A stretch of 64,000 bases of DNA from a virus. Position numbers and translations under genes: made by a program. The stretch covers positions 91,560 through 155,559 of IMG/VR virus record IMGVR_UViG_3300010396_000002; one strand, 5' to 3'. Below, one piece after another: positions 54,445 through 64,000 of this stretch (its first letter is position 1; each line of letters starts with the position of its first letter). The notes beneath the pieces are model-generated. The model saw nothing but the letters and a program-made list of their open reading frames with translations, made no database searches and was not told the DNA's origin.

Positions 54445-56619
54445 TCAGGCAGTCGGGAGACCCGCGCCAGAGGTCGCGCTGCCGTGCTTCTTCGCTGCCC
54501 GCTCGAGCGCGATGGCAGCGCGCGACAGATCGCCGGCGGCCTTCTCGTGCGCGCCGGCGGCCGCCTTGTGCTCGGCGACGCCGCCATGTTCGGCGGCCAT
54601 CGAGAAGCCCTGGTTGGCATACATGGGCAGGCCGTTCGCTCCGAACGTGTTCCCGAGCGCGGCGTCGACGCGGGACGAAGTGCTTGCCCAAGCAACGTCG
54701 GCTGCTGAGTTGCCCACCCTCGCCCGAGCGGCCATGGCGTTCCGCACGGCTTGCGCTTCCACGTCCTTGTTGGACGCGTCCGCCGTCTCGTCCCCGAGCC
54801 CGCCTTCGACGAGCAGGCGGTACCTGTCCGCTTCCCCTGCGGCGGTGAGGCGCTTCGCGTTGATCGCTCGGTACTGCGCGCTGTTCGGGTCGAGGCCCTT
54901 CAACTGGGTCTCGTACAACTGCTCGCGTGCCTCGGCCTGCGTCACCTTCTCGGCGTTCGTCGTGCCCTTGATGATCCCGAGCGCCGCCAGTGCGGTGGCG
55001 ATGCCCATGATCGTGAGGCCCAGCATCTCGATGCCCTTCATGAGCATGTTGATCGGTGCCTTGTTCTCGAGGAACCCCTTCCCCAGCTCGACCAGGGCCG
55101 GGAGCAGGGAGTCCGCGACCTGGGCCTTGAGCTGCTGCTGCACCGACTCCCACTGCGAGGCGGCGCTCTCCTGCTTCGTCGCGGCGTCCGCGAGGATGTC
55201 CTTGTAGGACCCCTGGCTGTTGGCGAGTTCGCCGAAGCGGTCGATGACCGCCTGCTGTGCCTGCGCCAGCTTCTGCTCGTCGGTTCCCTTCGCGCCCGAG
55301 TACGCCTTGTTGAACGTCTCGAAGAAGGGCTGGATCGACTCGAAGCCGGTGCGCCCGAACTGCTTCTTGAGCCACTCCTCGGCCGGCGCCGCGTTGGTCT
55401 TGTCGTGGCTCTGCCGGCGCGCCTTGACCATGAGGTCGCCGAGAACCTGATCCAGCGGGCGCCGCGTTGCCGTCGCGTGTCCCGTCGCGTCCGTTGAGTA
55501 GACGTCGACCCCCTGGGTCTTCAGCTTCGTCGCATGGGCGATGAGCCCCTGCATGAAGTTGGCCATGGCGTTGCCGCCGGTCTTTCCACCAGAGCCAAGC
55601 ACCGAGGCCTGCATCATGGCGTTCGCTTCGCGCATGCCTGCCGCGTCGGTCGCGAAGCCTGCGGCCTTCATGCGAGCGGTGTTGCGGTCGTAGTCCTTGA
55701 TCGCCTCGTCGAACGAGGCCCCGTTCTTGCGGGCGGAGTAGACGACGTTGGCCATCATGTCGCCCATCGCTTCGGACGACTTGATGCCGAAGCGCTTCAT
55801 GAGCTGGCCGACCGCATCGCCGACCTTGCCAGCGTCCTCGCCCGTCGCCTGCGACACCTTGGCGATCACGTCGCGCATCCCGCGCGCGCCGGAGAGGTCC
55901 CCGCTCGCCTGCGCGGCCGCACCGACACCGTGCGCGACCTGCTCCGCTGTCATCCCCTTGTTGGAGATGGCGGTCTGCTCGAACTCCTTGCGCATCGCTG
56001 TCGTGTCCGCGAGCGGGCCACCAGGCTGCCGGTTGTGGATCGCGATGTCCCTCACCGTGTCGTCGAGGCGCATCGCCTCCCGGACGGCATTCTGAAGCTC
56101 GGAGAAGGCGTAGTGCCCGATGCGCGACAGGCCCTGGATCGTTCCCTGGACGGACTGCTTGGCGGCCTGCATCGCGATGGCATTCGCGAGGCCCATCCGC
56201 ATCATGCGGGGGGAGAGGCCGGTGAAGCTGGCGATCCAGTACATCCGCACGCGCTCGGCATCGCGCTGCTCGCGCTTCACGCGCTGCTCGGCACGCCGTT
56301 CGTCGCGCTTGGCCTCCTGAGCCATCTCGCGCTCGATCCTGGCCGCAGTCTTCTCGACCTCCTTCCAGCGCTGCTCTTCGGCCTTCTTCGCCGTCTTCTC
56401 GGTGCGCTCGATCTCGGCCCTGATCGCCGCCTCGGTCGTGCGGGCCGTCCCAAGCTTCTGGTCCATCGCCCGGCGGGCCTCGACAGCAGCGCGCATTTCG
56501 GCGCGCTCTTTGGCCACGGCCTGACGGACACCGTCCTCGCCGATATCCTTGATCGCCTGCTTGAGGTCGTCGTCCCCGATCGCGGCGAACTTCCACTGGA
56601 TGACCTTCGGATCGGCCAT
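54445..56619 (-). CDS. tape measure protein
   Basis: Long Ala-rich helical ORF between chaperones and gpN. Confidence 0.8.
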   Translation of the reverse strand: MADPKVIQWKFAAIGDDDLKQAIKDIGEDGVRQAVAKERAEMRAAVEARRAMDQKLGTARTTEAAIRAEIERTEKTAKKAEEQRWKEVEKTAARIEREMAQEAKRDERRAEQRVKREQRDAERVRMYWIASFTGLSPRMMRMGLANAIAMQAAKQSVQGTIQGLSRIGHYAFSELQNAVREAMRLDDTVRDIAIHNRQPGGPLADTTAMRKEFEQTAISNKGMTAEQVAHGVGAAAQASGDLSGARGMRDVIAKVSQATGEDAGKVGDAVGQLMKRFGIKSSEAMGDMMANVVYSARKNGASFDEAIKDYDRNTARMKAAGFATDAAGMREANAMMQASVLGSGGKTGGNAMANFMQGLIAHATKLKTQGVDVYSTDATGHATATRRPLDQVLGDLMVKARRQSHDKTNAAPAEEWLKKQFGRTGFESIQPFFETFNKAYSGAKGTDEQKLAQAQQAVIDRFGELANSQGSYKDILADAATKQESAASQWESVQQQLKAQVADSLLPALVELGKGFLENKAPINMLMKGIEMLGLTIMGIATALAALGIIKGTTNAEKVTQAEAREQLYETQLKGLDPNSAQYRAINAKRLTAAGEADRYRLLVEGGLGDETADASNKDVEAQAVRNAMAARARVGNSAADVAWASTSSRVDAALGNTFGANGLPMYANQGFSMAAEHGGVAEHKAAAGAHEKAAGDLSRAAIALERAAKKHGSATSGAGLPTA

Positions 56620-56622
56620 GGG

Positions 56623-57006
56623 CTACATGCCTCCGAAGAGGTCGTCGAGTTGTTGCTCGGCCCAGTCGGCGACGGCCTCGGTCTGGCTGAAGCCCTTCGC
56701 CTCGACGAAGGACGCGTGCTCGCTGCGCGCCCCCCACTCGCACGAGATGAGACCGCCGGAGACCGTGACCTCCCCGCGGCCCGTGGTTTCCTCCAGGTCG
56801 CCGGTCTTGCGCTTGTAGGCCGCGAGATCCTTGTTGCGCTCCGTGGCCTGGTCGAGCGTATAGGCGAGCATCTCGGGGATGTCCGTCAGCGCAGCGATCT
56901 CGTCCTCGACGAGATCGAGCCCACCCGCGAGCTCGCCGAGCTGGCGCAAGACCGCTTCCATCTCCTCGGTGCCGTCGACGGAGAAGTCCCAGAGGAGCGC
57001 GGGCAT
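56623..57006 (-). CDS. HK97-gp10-like tail/neck protein
   Basis: KTGDL...HASFVE. Confidence 0.45.
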   Translation of the reverse strand: MPALLWDFSVDGTEEMEAVLRQLGELAGGLDLVEDEIAALTDIPEMLAYTLDQATERNKDLAAYKRKTGDLEETTGRGEVTVSGGLISCEWGARSEHASFVEAKGFSQTEAVADWAEQQLDDLFGGM

Positions 57007-57009
57007 CGT

Positions 57010-57720
57010 TCAGTCCGTGGTCGGCTTCGCGGCGGCGAGCTCCGCCTCCAGCTCCGCAATCCTGCGCAGCGCATCCTCGAGCTTGGCCTCGGCGTCGTCG
57101 CGCTCCTTCAGCGCCGCCTCGCACGCCTTCGTCTCCTTGTCGGCCTGCCATGCGAAGTGCGCGGCCATGTTGACGATGTCCTGGCGCTCATAGCCGGAGA
57201 GCCTCGCGTCGACGCTGTCGTTCTCGGCGAGGAACGGGCGGAGCGCCGCCATCACCTCCGCGCTGATCCGAGGCGCTTTCGAGAACTCGGCGCAGGTGGC
57301 GAGGTACAGGTTGTAGAGCGCCATCCACTGCTCGTACCGCAGGTTCTGGCGCATCCAGTCCGGGCTCATGAACGCGGCGAAGTTCGACGGCTTCTCGACG
57401 CCCCCCTCGTTCACCACGTTGCGGCAGACGTACCAGAGCGCTTCGATCGCCTCGGTCTGCACGTGCAGGCGCTGGTCGTTGAAGGCGGACTCCCACCCGT
57501 CTCCGCCGCGCTGCTTCGCGAACTTCATCCGGTGGCCGGCGGCCTTCGCGATGATGTCGTCGTCGATAACGGGGGTCGGCAGCACGATGGCGATCTTCAC
57601 CAGCTCGGCGCCATTCGCCCGCACGAAGTCGGAGACCTTCCAGATTTTGAAGGGCTGCACCTGGCTCTTGATGAACCTGTCGGCGGCGCCCTCCTGGTAC
57701 TTGTACTCCGGGGTCGTCAT
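57010..57720 (-). CDS. putative tail assembly chaperone
   Basis: Position upstream of tape measure. Confidence 0.45.
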   Translation of the reverse strand: MTTPEYKYQEGAADRFIKSQVQPFKIWKVSDFVRANGAELVKIAIVLPTPVIDDDIIAKAAGHRMKFAKQRGGDGWESAFNDQRLHVQTEAIEALWYVCRNVVNEGGVEKPSNFAAFMSPDWMRQNLRYEQWMALYNLYLATCAEFSKAPRISAEVMAALRPFLAENDSVDARLSGYERQDIVNMAAHFAWQADKETKACEAALKERDDAEAKLEDALRRIAELEAELAAAKPTTD

Positions 57721-58370
57721 CGTTTCCTCTGCGGTGGATGTGGCCTCTCAGGAGGCTTCGGCGGCGGCGGGGCGCTCTTCTCCTTGGCCTTCATCGCGGC
57801 CGCCCAGGCGAGATGGTGCCCGTCGAGCAGTTCGCTCGCGGGCAGGTTCCAGTAGCGGTCCTTGCGCTCGTCCCAGAGCATCTTAGTCGCCCCCGCGACC
57901 ATGTTCTTGCACTCCGCCATGAAGACGACGAAGGCCCCGTTTGCCGGATGGCTGGCGCCGAGCAACAGCGCCTTCTGCCATGCCTTGACGTCGGTGCGGC
58001 CGCCCCAGAACGTTGGGCAGATCCGGTCAAGCCCGTCGAGCACCTCGCCGGCAAGCGTGTCGAAGGCGTTCTGGTAGACTTCGCCGACCTGCTCCGCCGA
58101 GTCGAAGGCAAGGCGCCCCTGCTGCGGGATCCAGAGGGTCGCCGCGACGATCGCACGGCACTCGCGTGCAATGGCGACCTTGGCGGGGATGCCTGGTTCC
58201 GCGGCATCGTCCTGCGCCAGAGCGAAGACGAGCGCGGGGACAGCGCGAACGGTGAGGGGGAGGTCGGGGTCGGAAGGGAACCGCCAGGAGAGGCGGTGCT
58301 CTGGGCGAAGAGGGAGGAGAGAGCGCCAGAGCCGGTCAGGCGGCACGTCGGGAGGAGGGCCCGCGCGCAT
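57717..58370 (-). CDS. putative tail assembly chaperone
   Basis: Position after tube. Confidence 0.45.
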   Translation of the reverse strand: MRAGPPPDVPPDRLWRSLLPLRPEHRLSWRFPSDPDLPLTVRAVPALVFALAQDDAAEPGIPAKVAIARECRAIVAATLWIPQQGRLAFDSAEQVGEVYQNAFDTLAGEVLDGLDRICPTFWGGRTDVKAWQKALLLGASHPANGAFVVFMAECKNMVAGATKMLWDERKDRYWNLPASELLDGHHLAWAAAMKAKEKSAPPPPKPPERPHPPQRKR

Positions 58371-58376
58371 GATGCG

Positions 58377-58781
58377 TCACTGGAAGAGGGAAGCGTCCCC
58401 GTCCAGCGAGAAGTCGATCTCCGTGATCGCGCCGTCGGAGCTCGTGATCTTCGGCCCCGCCTTGAGGTGGCAGTTGCCCTCGGCCGCTGCGCCGTCGGAG
58501 TACCGGGTGATCCGGTAGTTGAGGGTTTCGCCGTTCACGAAGCAGGCTTCCAGGTCGATGCCGTTGGCCGTGTACTGGAAGTCGACGTGGTCCTTCGCTT
58601 CGATCTGGCGGATCGTGGAGCCGATGGTCTGCCCCATGTAGCCGCGCAGGAGCGCGCGCAGCGTCTCGCGCTTGCCGTCGAGGTTGGTGTTGAGGCTGAC
58701 GTTGTTGGCCCGGAGCCCCCCGCCCTGCGTCGGGCTGAAGAGCTCCAGGAAGTAGAGTTCACCGGGTCCTGCTTGACTCAT
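58377..58781 (-). CDS. tail tube protein (putative)
   Basis: 134 aa beta-rich protein directly after the sheath. Confidence 0.65.
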   Translation of the reverse strand: MSQAGPGELYFLELFSPTQGGGLRANNVSLNTNLDGKRETLRALLRGYMGQTIGSTIRQIEAKDHVDFQYTANGIDLEACFVNGETLNYRITRYSDGAAAEGNCHLKAGPKITSSDGAITEIDFSLDGDASLFQ

Positions 58782-58819
58782 CTTCTTCGATCTCCGTCAG
58801 ATGTCGGGGCCCGGCGCGC

Positions 58820-61063
58820 TCACTGCGGAGCGGAGACCTCCGCAAGGGTCGTGCGCTGGAAGAGGTTATGGCGCGGCGCGCGGAGGTCGGAGGTGATCGC
58901 CCACCCGCCCTGCTCGAGGATCTGGCAGACCGTCGAGGCGACCATCTGCTTCTGGTAGGTCGGGTCCAAGATCGGCTTTCCGTCCTGAAACTGCCCGCAC
59001 ATCGCGTTGATCATCGACTTGAACGCCGATTCGACCATGCGCGGGTAGACCTGACCGGGGACCGGGAGGACGCCGCTCTTCGGGTTCGCCTGGATGTTCC
59101 CCTGGTTGAAGCCCTGCGCCAGGGCCTTGCTGGTCCACTGCACGCGGACCTCGAACAGCACGCTCCCGATGTGGCCCTCGCGGGCCCGGAAGTCCTGCGT
59201 CGTCGTCGGCGATCCGGTCGGCAGGTAGCAGTAGGTCGAGATGTCGCGCCCGATGAACGCCTGGCCGTTGCCGTTGAACTCGATGTCGCAGCACCCGCCG
59301 TTGAGCAGCGTGAGCCGGTCGCTCTCGGTCCACCAGTTCGCCTTGTTGAAGGGCGCGGGGAACGAGCAGACGGTCCCCTTGACCGAGTTCGTCGTGTAGT
59401 TGGTCAAGTTGACCGCGCAGTAGGCGCTCTGCTCCTTCGACAGGATCCCGGTGTAGTGCGCCGCGTTCATGCACGGCGGCCAGTCGCAGCCGTGGATCGG
59501 GATGTCCTTCATGAACACGCTGTTGATGACGCTCGACTGCGACACGGCGGTCGCCTGCGTCGAGGTCCCGTCGACGCCGTACTCGAGCATCTGGTTCTTG
59601 CCAGACGCCGGCGCGAGCGACCGGGTGATGTAGGCCGCGTACTCGCCGAGCTGCCCGTCCGACGAGGAGACGGCGCTCGTCGAAGTCGCCTCGATCGCGT
59701 GGTACGTGAAGCCGCCGGGGGTCTGGTCGATCGCCTCGATCGCGGCTGCCACGTTCGGCGTCCCGCTGCCCGGCGTGACGGAGCCCGGGGACACCGTCGT
59801 CGCGTTGGTCGGGTCGGAGAAGGCGAAGCGCACCTGCGCCAACCAGTAGGCGCTGAGCGAACCCACCTCGTACGTGGTGAGCGTGATCGTCGTGTCCGAG
59901 CCGGTCGTGCCGTTGTGCTCGGAGGTGTCCCAGCCAGCGACCTTGGCGACGCCAGAGCCGCTCGTGAACTGCACGCCCTTCGGGCTCGGGCCGTCCGTGT
60001 TCGACGCCCAGGTGACCGAGCCGTTCGAGTTGGCCGTGCCCGTGCTCCCCGCCGTGCCACCCGTGAAGGTCGAGGTCAGGAGGGAGGCCATCTCGGAGGC
60101 CTGCACGGCGCCTACGTTGGCGACGTTGTTCGGGCCGGCGTTCGTGAAGGCGCCCGCCGTGAGCCCGAGCGCCGCGAGCACGCCCGTCGTGCCGGACACG
60201 ATGCTCCCGCCGGCGCCGGAGCCCATCTGGTTGGTGACGAACTCGAGCTGCCCGCTCCCGTTGTCCTGCACGAAGGCGCCGACCAACTGCTGGTTGATCT
60301 TCGCGATGTAGAGGTTCTCGGTGTTCTCCGAGCCGGAGAACGAGATGGTCTGCTGGCCACCGATGCCGGCGACCGTGACCACGAGCGTGGAGCCCGGCGT
60401 CAGGGCGACGTAGGTCGCGCCGCTGCCGGTCTTCGTCGCCGCCGTCGCATGGATCGTGAGCGTGCTCGCCGATCCCTGTTCGTCGACCTTGCCCAGGAAT
60501 GTATCCCCGTTCGCGAGGGACACGGGGAAGCTGCCCGGCGAGCTGGTCTCGCTGCCCGCCGTCGGCGTCGCGCCGGCCGTCGCCGAGAAGGGCAGGTGCG
60601 CGTTGCCGTTGATGGCGGCCACCATGTCGTCGACCGTCTTCGACAGCGGGTCGGTCGCCCCGACCACGGTCGCCACGTCGTCCTCGATCCCGACGTTGCA
60701 CGCCGACATCGAGAAGTTGCAGCCGACGGTCGCCGCGTTGGCGAGCACGAAGCTCCTGGTGCTCGCCGTTGCGCCGCCGGCGTCGGCCCAGGCCACGGCC
60801 GACACCTGGACGCTCGGATCGACCAGCCGGAGCGCGCGGAGCATCCAGGAGATCGGCGAGCGCGCGCCGAAGCGCGTGTCGCAGTCGGCCTGGCTCCCGA
60901 TCGGAGCGCCCAGCGTCTCGACGACCTCGGTGCCGCTCGAGAGCTTGGCGCCGATGAGCATGACGTTCCGGGTCGACCCCAGCGTCAGCTCGCTCCCCTG
61001 CGCGGGCAGGAGCAGCGTCTGGAAGTATGGAATCGGCCAGGTGGTAGGGGGGAACGCGGCCAT
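58820..61063 (-). CDS. contractile tail sheath (Mu gpL-like) with internal insertion
   Basis: LIGAK..SGT, FGARS, LLNGG..., R.ISTY motifs. Confidence 0.8.
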   Translation of the reverse strand: MAAFPPTTWPIPYFQTLLLPAQGSELTLGSTRNVMLIGAKLSSGTEVVETLGAPIGSQADCDTRFGARSPISWMLRALRLVDPSVQVSAVAWADAGGATASTRSFVLANAATVGCNFSMSACNVGIEDDVATVVGATDPLSKTVDDMVAAINGNAHLPFSATAGATPTAGSETSSPGSFPVSLANGDTFLGKVDEQGSASTLTIHATAATKTGSGATYVALTPGSTLVVTVAGIGGQQTISFSGSENTENLYIAKINQQLVGAFVQDNGSGQLEFVTNQMGSGAGGSIVSGTTGVLAALGLTAGAFTNAGPNNVANVGAVQASEMASLLTSTFTGGTAGSTGTANSNGSVTWASNTDGPSPKGVQFTSGSGVAKVAGWDTSEHNGTTGSDTTITLTTYEVGSLSAYWLAQVRFAFSDPTNATTVSPGSVTPGSGTPNVAAAIEAIDQTPGGFTYHAIEATSTSAVSSSDGQLGEYAAYITRSLAPASGKNQMLEYGVDGTSTQATAVSQSSVINSVFMKDIPIHGCDWPPCMNAAHYTGILSKEQSAYCAVNLTNYTTNSVKGTVCSFPAPFNKANWWTESDRLTLLNGGCCDIEFNGNGQAFIGRDISTYCYLPTGSPTTTQDFRAREGHIGSVLFEVRVQWTSKALAQGFNQGNIQANPKSGVLPVPGQVYPRMVESAFKSMINAMCGQFQDGKPILDPTYQKQMVASTVCQILEQGGWAITSDLRAPRHNLFQRTTLAEVSAPQ

Positions 61064-61064
61064 C

Positions 61065-61781
61065 TCAGCTCTCCACCGCGGCCTGGGTCGCCGCCTTCGC
61101 CGCCGTCTTCGCGCGCTCCGCCAGGAACTGGGCGAGGTTCACGCGGAAGTTGGACGGCATGTCCTCGGTTACCAGCTTGCCGGCGCTGTCCTTCACGGGG
61201 GCGCCCGCCTTGTCGGTCTTCGGGACCTGGCGCATCCAGACGAGGTGGCCGTTGCCGTTCGTGTGCAGCTTGACGGCGCCGGTCTTGAGCACGTCGGCGT
61301 GCGCCTCGCCGAGCCGCTTCGCGTGCTCCGCCATGGCCTGCGCGTGCGCGGAAACCGCGTCCTCGTCCTTCGTGTTCGCCGGGGGCGTCGGCGCGACGAA
61401 CTGGTCGGAGGCTTGGAGCGCGACCATGACCTGGTGCTTCAGGTGCGCGTCTGCGGCCGCGGCCTTCCGCTGCTCGTGCGCGGACAGGAGGCGCGCGTGG
61501 GCGTCGTGCGGGAAGTTGACGTCCTCCTCGCCGAGGATCACGAGCGTGCCCGCAGCGGCCTCGTTACGGATGCGCTTGTGCTGGAGCACCACCGTCGGCG
61601 CCGGCACGTAGGTCGCCGCCTTGTGCCCGAGCGTTGGCGCTTGGCCCTTCTCCGGCTCCGGCGGCTTGACGTACTTGACGCCGATGTACCGTTCCTCGCC
61701 CGGCACGTGCGGGTCGTGGACGAGGTACGGGAGCGACGTGCCCGGCTGGATCGCAGCCTGCACCAAGAGGAAACGCGCCAT
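61065..61781 (-). CDS. hypothetical protein
   Basis: High-GC3 ORF preceding the sheath. Confidence 0.65.
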   Translation of the reverse strand: MARFLLVQAAIQPGTSLPYLVHDPHVPGEERYIGVKYVKPPEPEKGQAPTLGHKAATYVPAPTVVLQHKRIRNEAAAGTLVILGEEDVNFPHDAHARLLSAHEQRKAAAADAHLKHQVMVALQASDQFVAPTPPANTKDEDAVSAHAQAMAEHAKRLGEAHADVLKTGAVKLHTNGNGHLVWMRQVPKTDKAGAPVKDSAGKLVTEDMPSNFRVNLAQFLAERAKTAAKAATQAAVES

Positions 61782-61800
61782 GTAGATCCCTCGCTTCGGG

Positions 61801-62448
61801 TCAGAGCATCTGAACGCAGGAGCGCTTCATGAACGCGCTTCCGGTGAAGTAGAAGACGCCGTGCGCGGCGGCCGAGACCGGCATCACGCACAGCGTCGTG
61901 CTGGAGCCCTTGTCGACCACGGTCACCGTGTAGGCCCCGAGGTCGAGACGGGTGAGCTCGATGGTGGCGCCGGCGGGGATCGCTCCGGCGTCGACGTAGT
62001 CGCCGTCGAGCTGAACGGTCAGGCCCCCGGTCAGCGTCGCCGCGGGGATGACCCGCCACGGCCCGCCGTACCAACCCACCACCACGGTCCCGCTGGCCGT
62101 CGTGATGTCGGCCCCGCGGTCGACGTCGGGCTCGATGACCCAGGCCCCGCCATTGGTCGGCGGAGGGCTCAGCGGGATGATCGTCGTCCATCCGTCGTCG
62201 GTCGTGAGCGTCGACGTCGGGACGTACGCGAAGTGCCCGGGAGGGTTGCCGCCGAGCAGCCGGGCGAAGTGCTGGACCGTCGGCGGAGTGACCTGCCGGA
62301 GCGCCGCGGCGTTCGGGTAGATCCCTTCGGCCAGGATCGGGCCGCTCGGCGCGGCCTTGAGGGGCGGCGGTGTCGGCGCTGGCGAGCTGGCCGGGCACCC
62401 GAGGAGGACCAGCGCGGCCAGGAGGAGCGCGAAGCGCTGTGAGAGCAT
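61801..62448 (-). CDS. putative lipoprotein in the structural operon
   Basis: MLSQRFALLLAALVLLGC lipobox. Confidence 0.65.
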   Translation of the reverse strand: MLSQRFALLLAALVLLGCPASSPAPTPPPLKAAPSGPILAEGIYPNAAALRQVTPPTVQHFARLLGGNPPGHFAYVPTSTLTTDDGWTTIIPLSPPPTNGGAWVIEPDVDRGADITTASGTVVVGWYGGPWRVIPAATLTGGLTVQLDGDYVDAGAIPAGATIELTRLDLGAYTVTVVDKGSSTTLCVMPVSAAAHGVFYFTGSAFMKRSCVQML

Positions 62449-62450
62449 GG

Positions 62451-63443
62451 CTACGTGTCCTTCTCGGTTGGTCCTGCCGGCACCACGGCGTCGAGCACGT
62501 GCAGCGGGCCCCGCGGGTCGGAGTCGTCGACGATGTTGAGCCCGGTCTGGAGATCCATCGGCTGCTCGCTCGGGAGCGGGGTCGGCATCCCGATCCCCTC
62601 GCTCACCTGCAACGTGCAGACGATAGCGGGGAAGCCCCGGACTGCCGGCTGGTCCTGAGCTCCGCCGGGCACCGGCACCGGGCCGATGAGCATTGGGGCA
62701 CTGCCCTGAAAGTCGACGCCCATCCCGCAGAGACCAAGAACAACGTCGAGCGCGGCGTCGGCGAAGTGATCTGGGTGATGCTCGAGCGAGAAGGCCCTCT
62801 GGAAGCTGCCCTCAACAGCGCCGAAAACCCCGTACCTGTCCTCCCAGCCGCCGGGGAGCAGGAGCTGGTTCCAGATCCAGGCCAGCTTGATGGTCGAGAG
62901 CCGGTAGTCCATCAGCGTGGACCAGCTCTTCATCACGCTCGACTCGCGCCAGCACCAGAGGCCCGGGACTCGAGGGACGCCGTTCGCGACCGGACCGATG
63001 AAGGCCCAGACCGCGGAGCCGTCGACCATGGCGTTGGTCGCCCCGGTCGGCCCCGGCGCCGCGCCCGTCCTCCCGCCCTGCGTGCACAGGATCAGGTTGC
63101 CGGTGCCCGGCGTCGTCACGCCGATGGTGGCGAGGCTGTCCTCGGCAAATACCGTGTCCGGCGCCCAGGCGGGGAGGCCCGACGTCTCCGGCCCATCCTG
63201 CCTGCTCCGCAGGAACATCGCATTGGGCCTGCCCAGCGGGTTCCAGCGGTGAAGCGCTCCGGGCAGGACCGCGACGCCCGGCGTACCGTTCAGGTTCGCG
63301 AACTTCGGGTTGAGGTCTCCGCTCAGGAAGATGTTGGCGAAGTTGAGCAGCCCGTCGAGGACCGGATCCGCGAGCGCCGAGTCCGTGTTCCCGGGAGGGA
63401 TCGGATAGGCCTGGGGCCCCAGCTTCGCCGCCGGCGATGGCAT
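62451..63443 (-). CDS. putative tail terminator/neck protein with inserted carbohydrate-binding-like module
   Basis: Position; PAWAPDT...CTQGG.TG...DGSAVW insert. Confidence 0.5.
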   Translation of the reverse strand: MPSPAAKLGPQAYPIPPGNTDSALADPVLDGLLNFANIFLSGDLNPKFANLNGTPGVAVLPGALHRWNPLGRPNAMFLRSRQDGPETSGLPAWAPDTVFAEDSLATIGVTTPGTGNLILCTQGGRTGAAPGPTGATNAMVDGSAVWAFIGPVANGVPRVPGLWCWRESSVMKSWSTLMDYRLSTIKLAWIWNQLLLPGGWEDRYGVFGAVEGSFQRAFSLEHHPDHFADAALDVVLGLCGMGVDFQGSAPMLIGPVPVPGGAQDQPAVRGFPAIVCTLQVSEGIGMPTPLPSEQPMDLQTGLNIVDDSDPRGPLHVLDAVVPAGPTEKDT

Positions 63444-63832
63444 CAGCCTTCCTCGATCCGGACGCCGCGGGCGCGGAGCTCAGGCTCGATCTGGCGGAAC
63501 ACCGTCTCGACCCCCTTGGCCATCGCTTCCTGTCCCTTGTTCCGTGCGACCTTAGGCTCGAGCATGTGGATCACGAGGTCGACGGGCTTGCCCTCCGGGT
63601 GAGCGGCGAGCCACTTCCGGAGCGCCCGCACGACGGCGACGCCTTCCACGACCAGCGGGCCCTCCTGGTCGAACCAGGTGGCGGCCTCCGCCGAGGCATC
63701 GGACCAGTCCAGGACCCCGACAAGATCGTCGGTGTGCAGCACCTCCGGCGCGCCGGTGATGGCGGCGACCCAGCGCGAGAGGCTGGTCTTGCCCGTGCGG
63801 GGACCGCCTACCAGTGCGTACCGCCCCGCCAT
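63443..63832 (-). CDS. small P-loop NTPase/kinase-like protein
   Basis: GGPRTGKT, HTDD, VVEG. Confidence 0.7.
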   Translation of the reverse strand: MAGRYALVGGPRTGKTSLSRWVAAITGAPEVLHTDDLVGVLDWSDASAEAATWFDQEGPLVVEGVAVVRALRKWLAAHPEGKPVDLVIHMLEPKVARNKGQEAMAKGVETVFRQIEPELRARGVRIEEG

Positions 63833-64000
63833 CAGAACGGCGGGGTGCGACCGCTCGCGTCGATGGCGACGAGGTGCAGCACATAGTGCAGCGACTTCTC
63901 GAACTGCACGCCGCGTGCGCCGAGCGCGTAGTTGCGCGGGCCCTGTGGCCACTGCGCGGTGTACCAATACTCGAACCCAGGCGCCTCCGCAGGGTTGAGC
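63832..64000 (-). CDS. partial ORF (head-tail region)
   Basis: Open frame running off the window; TGATG overlap with the next gene. Confidence 0.5.
   Translation of the reverse strand, partial: LNPAEAPGFEYWYTAQWPQGPRNYALGARGVQFEKSLHYVLHLVAIDASGRTPPF

Larger units (their letters stand above)
1..64000. mobile_element. Tailed phage/prophage (myovirus-like), partial genome
   Basis: Contractile-tail gene order on the - strand; dense small-gene early arm on the + strand; no housekeeping genes. Confidence 0.9.

Noticed and set aside
47630-61063. Tail module as an eCIS or tailocin
   Set aside because: It is attached to a full phage early/replication arm and continues into head-tail genes at the window edge.
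39263-63602. Long + strand ORFs over the structural arm and long - strand ORFs over the early arm
   Set aside because: Antisense shadow frames typical of high-GC DNA; codon bias and SDs support the opposite strand.

Overview
GC-rich (~70%) tailed-phage or prophage DNA with two convergent arms that meet near 39.39 kb. The left arm (+ strand, ~0.4-39.4 kb) holds ~75 mostly small early/middle genes: a beta-clamp-like protein, a Toprim protein, DUF488 proteins, an AAA ATPase, a Cas4-like PD-(D/E)XK nuclease and many DNA-modification genes (N6/N4 MTase, C5 MTase, Mom-like, DpdA-like transglycosylase, three PP-loop/PAPS-reductase-like proteins). The right arm (- strand, 39.4-64 kb) is a Mu-like contractile-tail module (sheath, tube, tape measure, gpN/gpP-like, spike, baseplate J, fibres). 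It is interrupted by an ADP-ribosyltransferase, exported or lipoprotein genes and a 12-bp-direct-repeat-flanked lipoprotein insert. Cys-rich Stig1-like lipoproteins suggest a myxobacterial host (inference). The standout feature is a family of 23 short structured intergenic elements in the first 25.5 kb: GCGC(A/G)-N2-[6-bp stem]-[variable inner hairpin]-extrahelical G-[6-bp stem]-N6-8-(G/A)T-SD-ATG. They sit between a stop codon and the next ribosome-binding site, show full compensatory covariation and strand-specific G:T wobbles, and include one centre-inverted copy and one copy fused to a gene remnant. They may be a new cis-RNA motif or a cassette-shuffling (attC-like) ssDNA site. Several single-indel frameshifts are probably sequencing errors. 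All family calls come from motif recognition by eye; no database searches were run.
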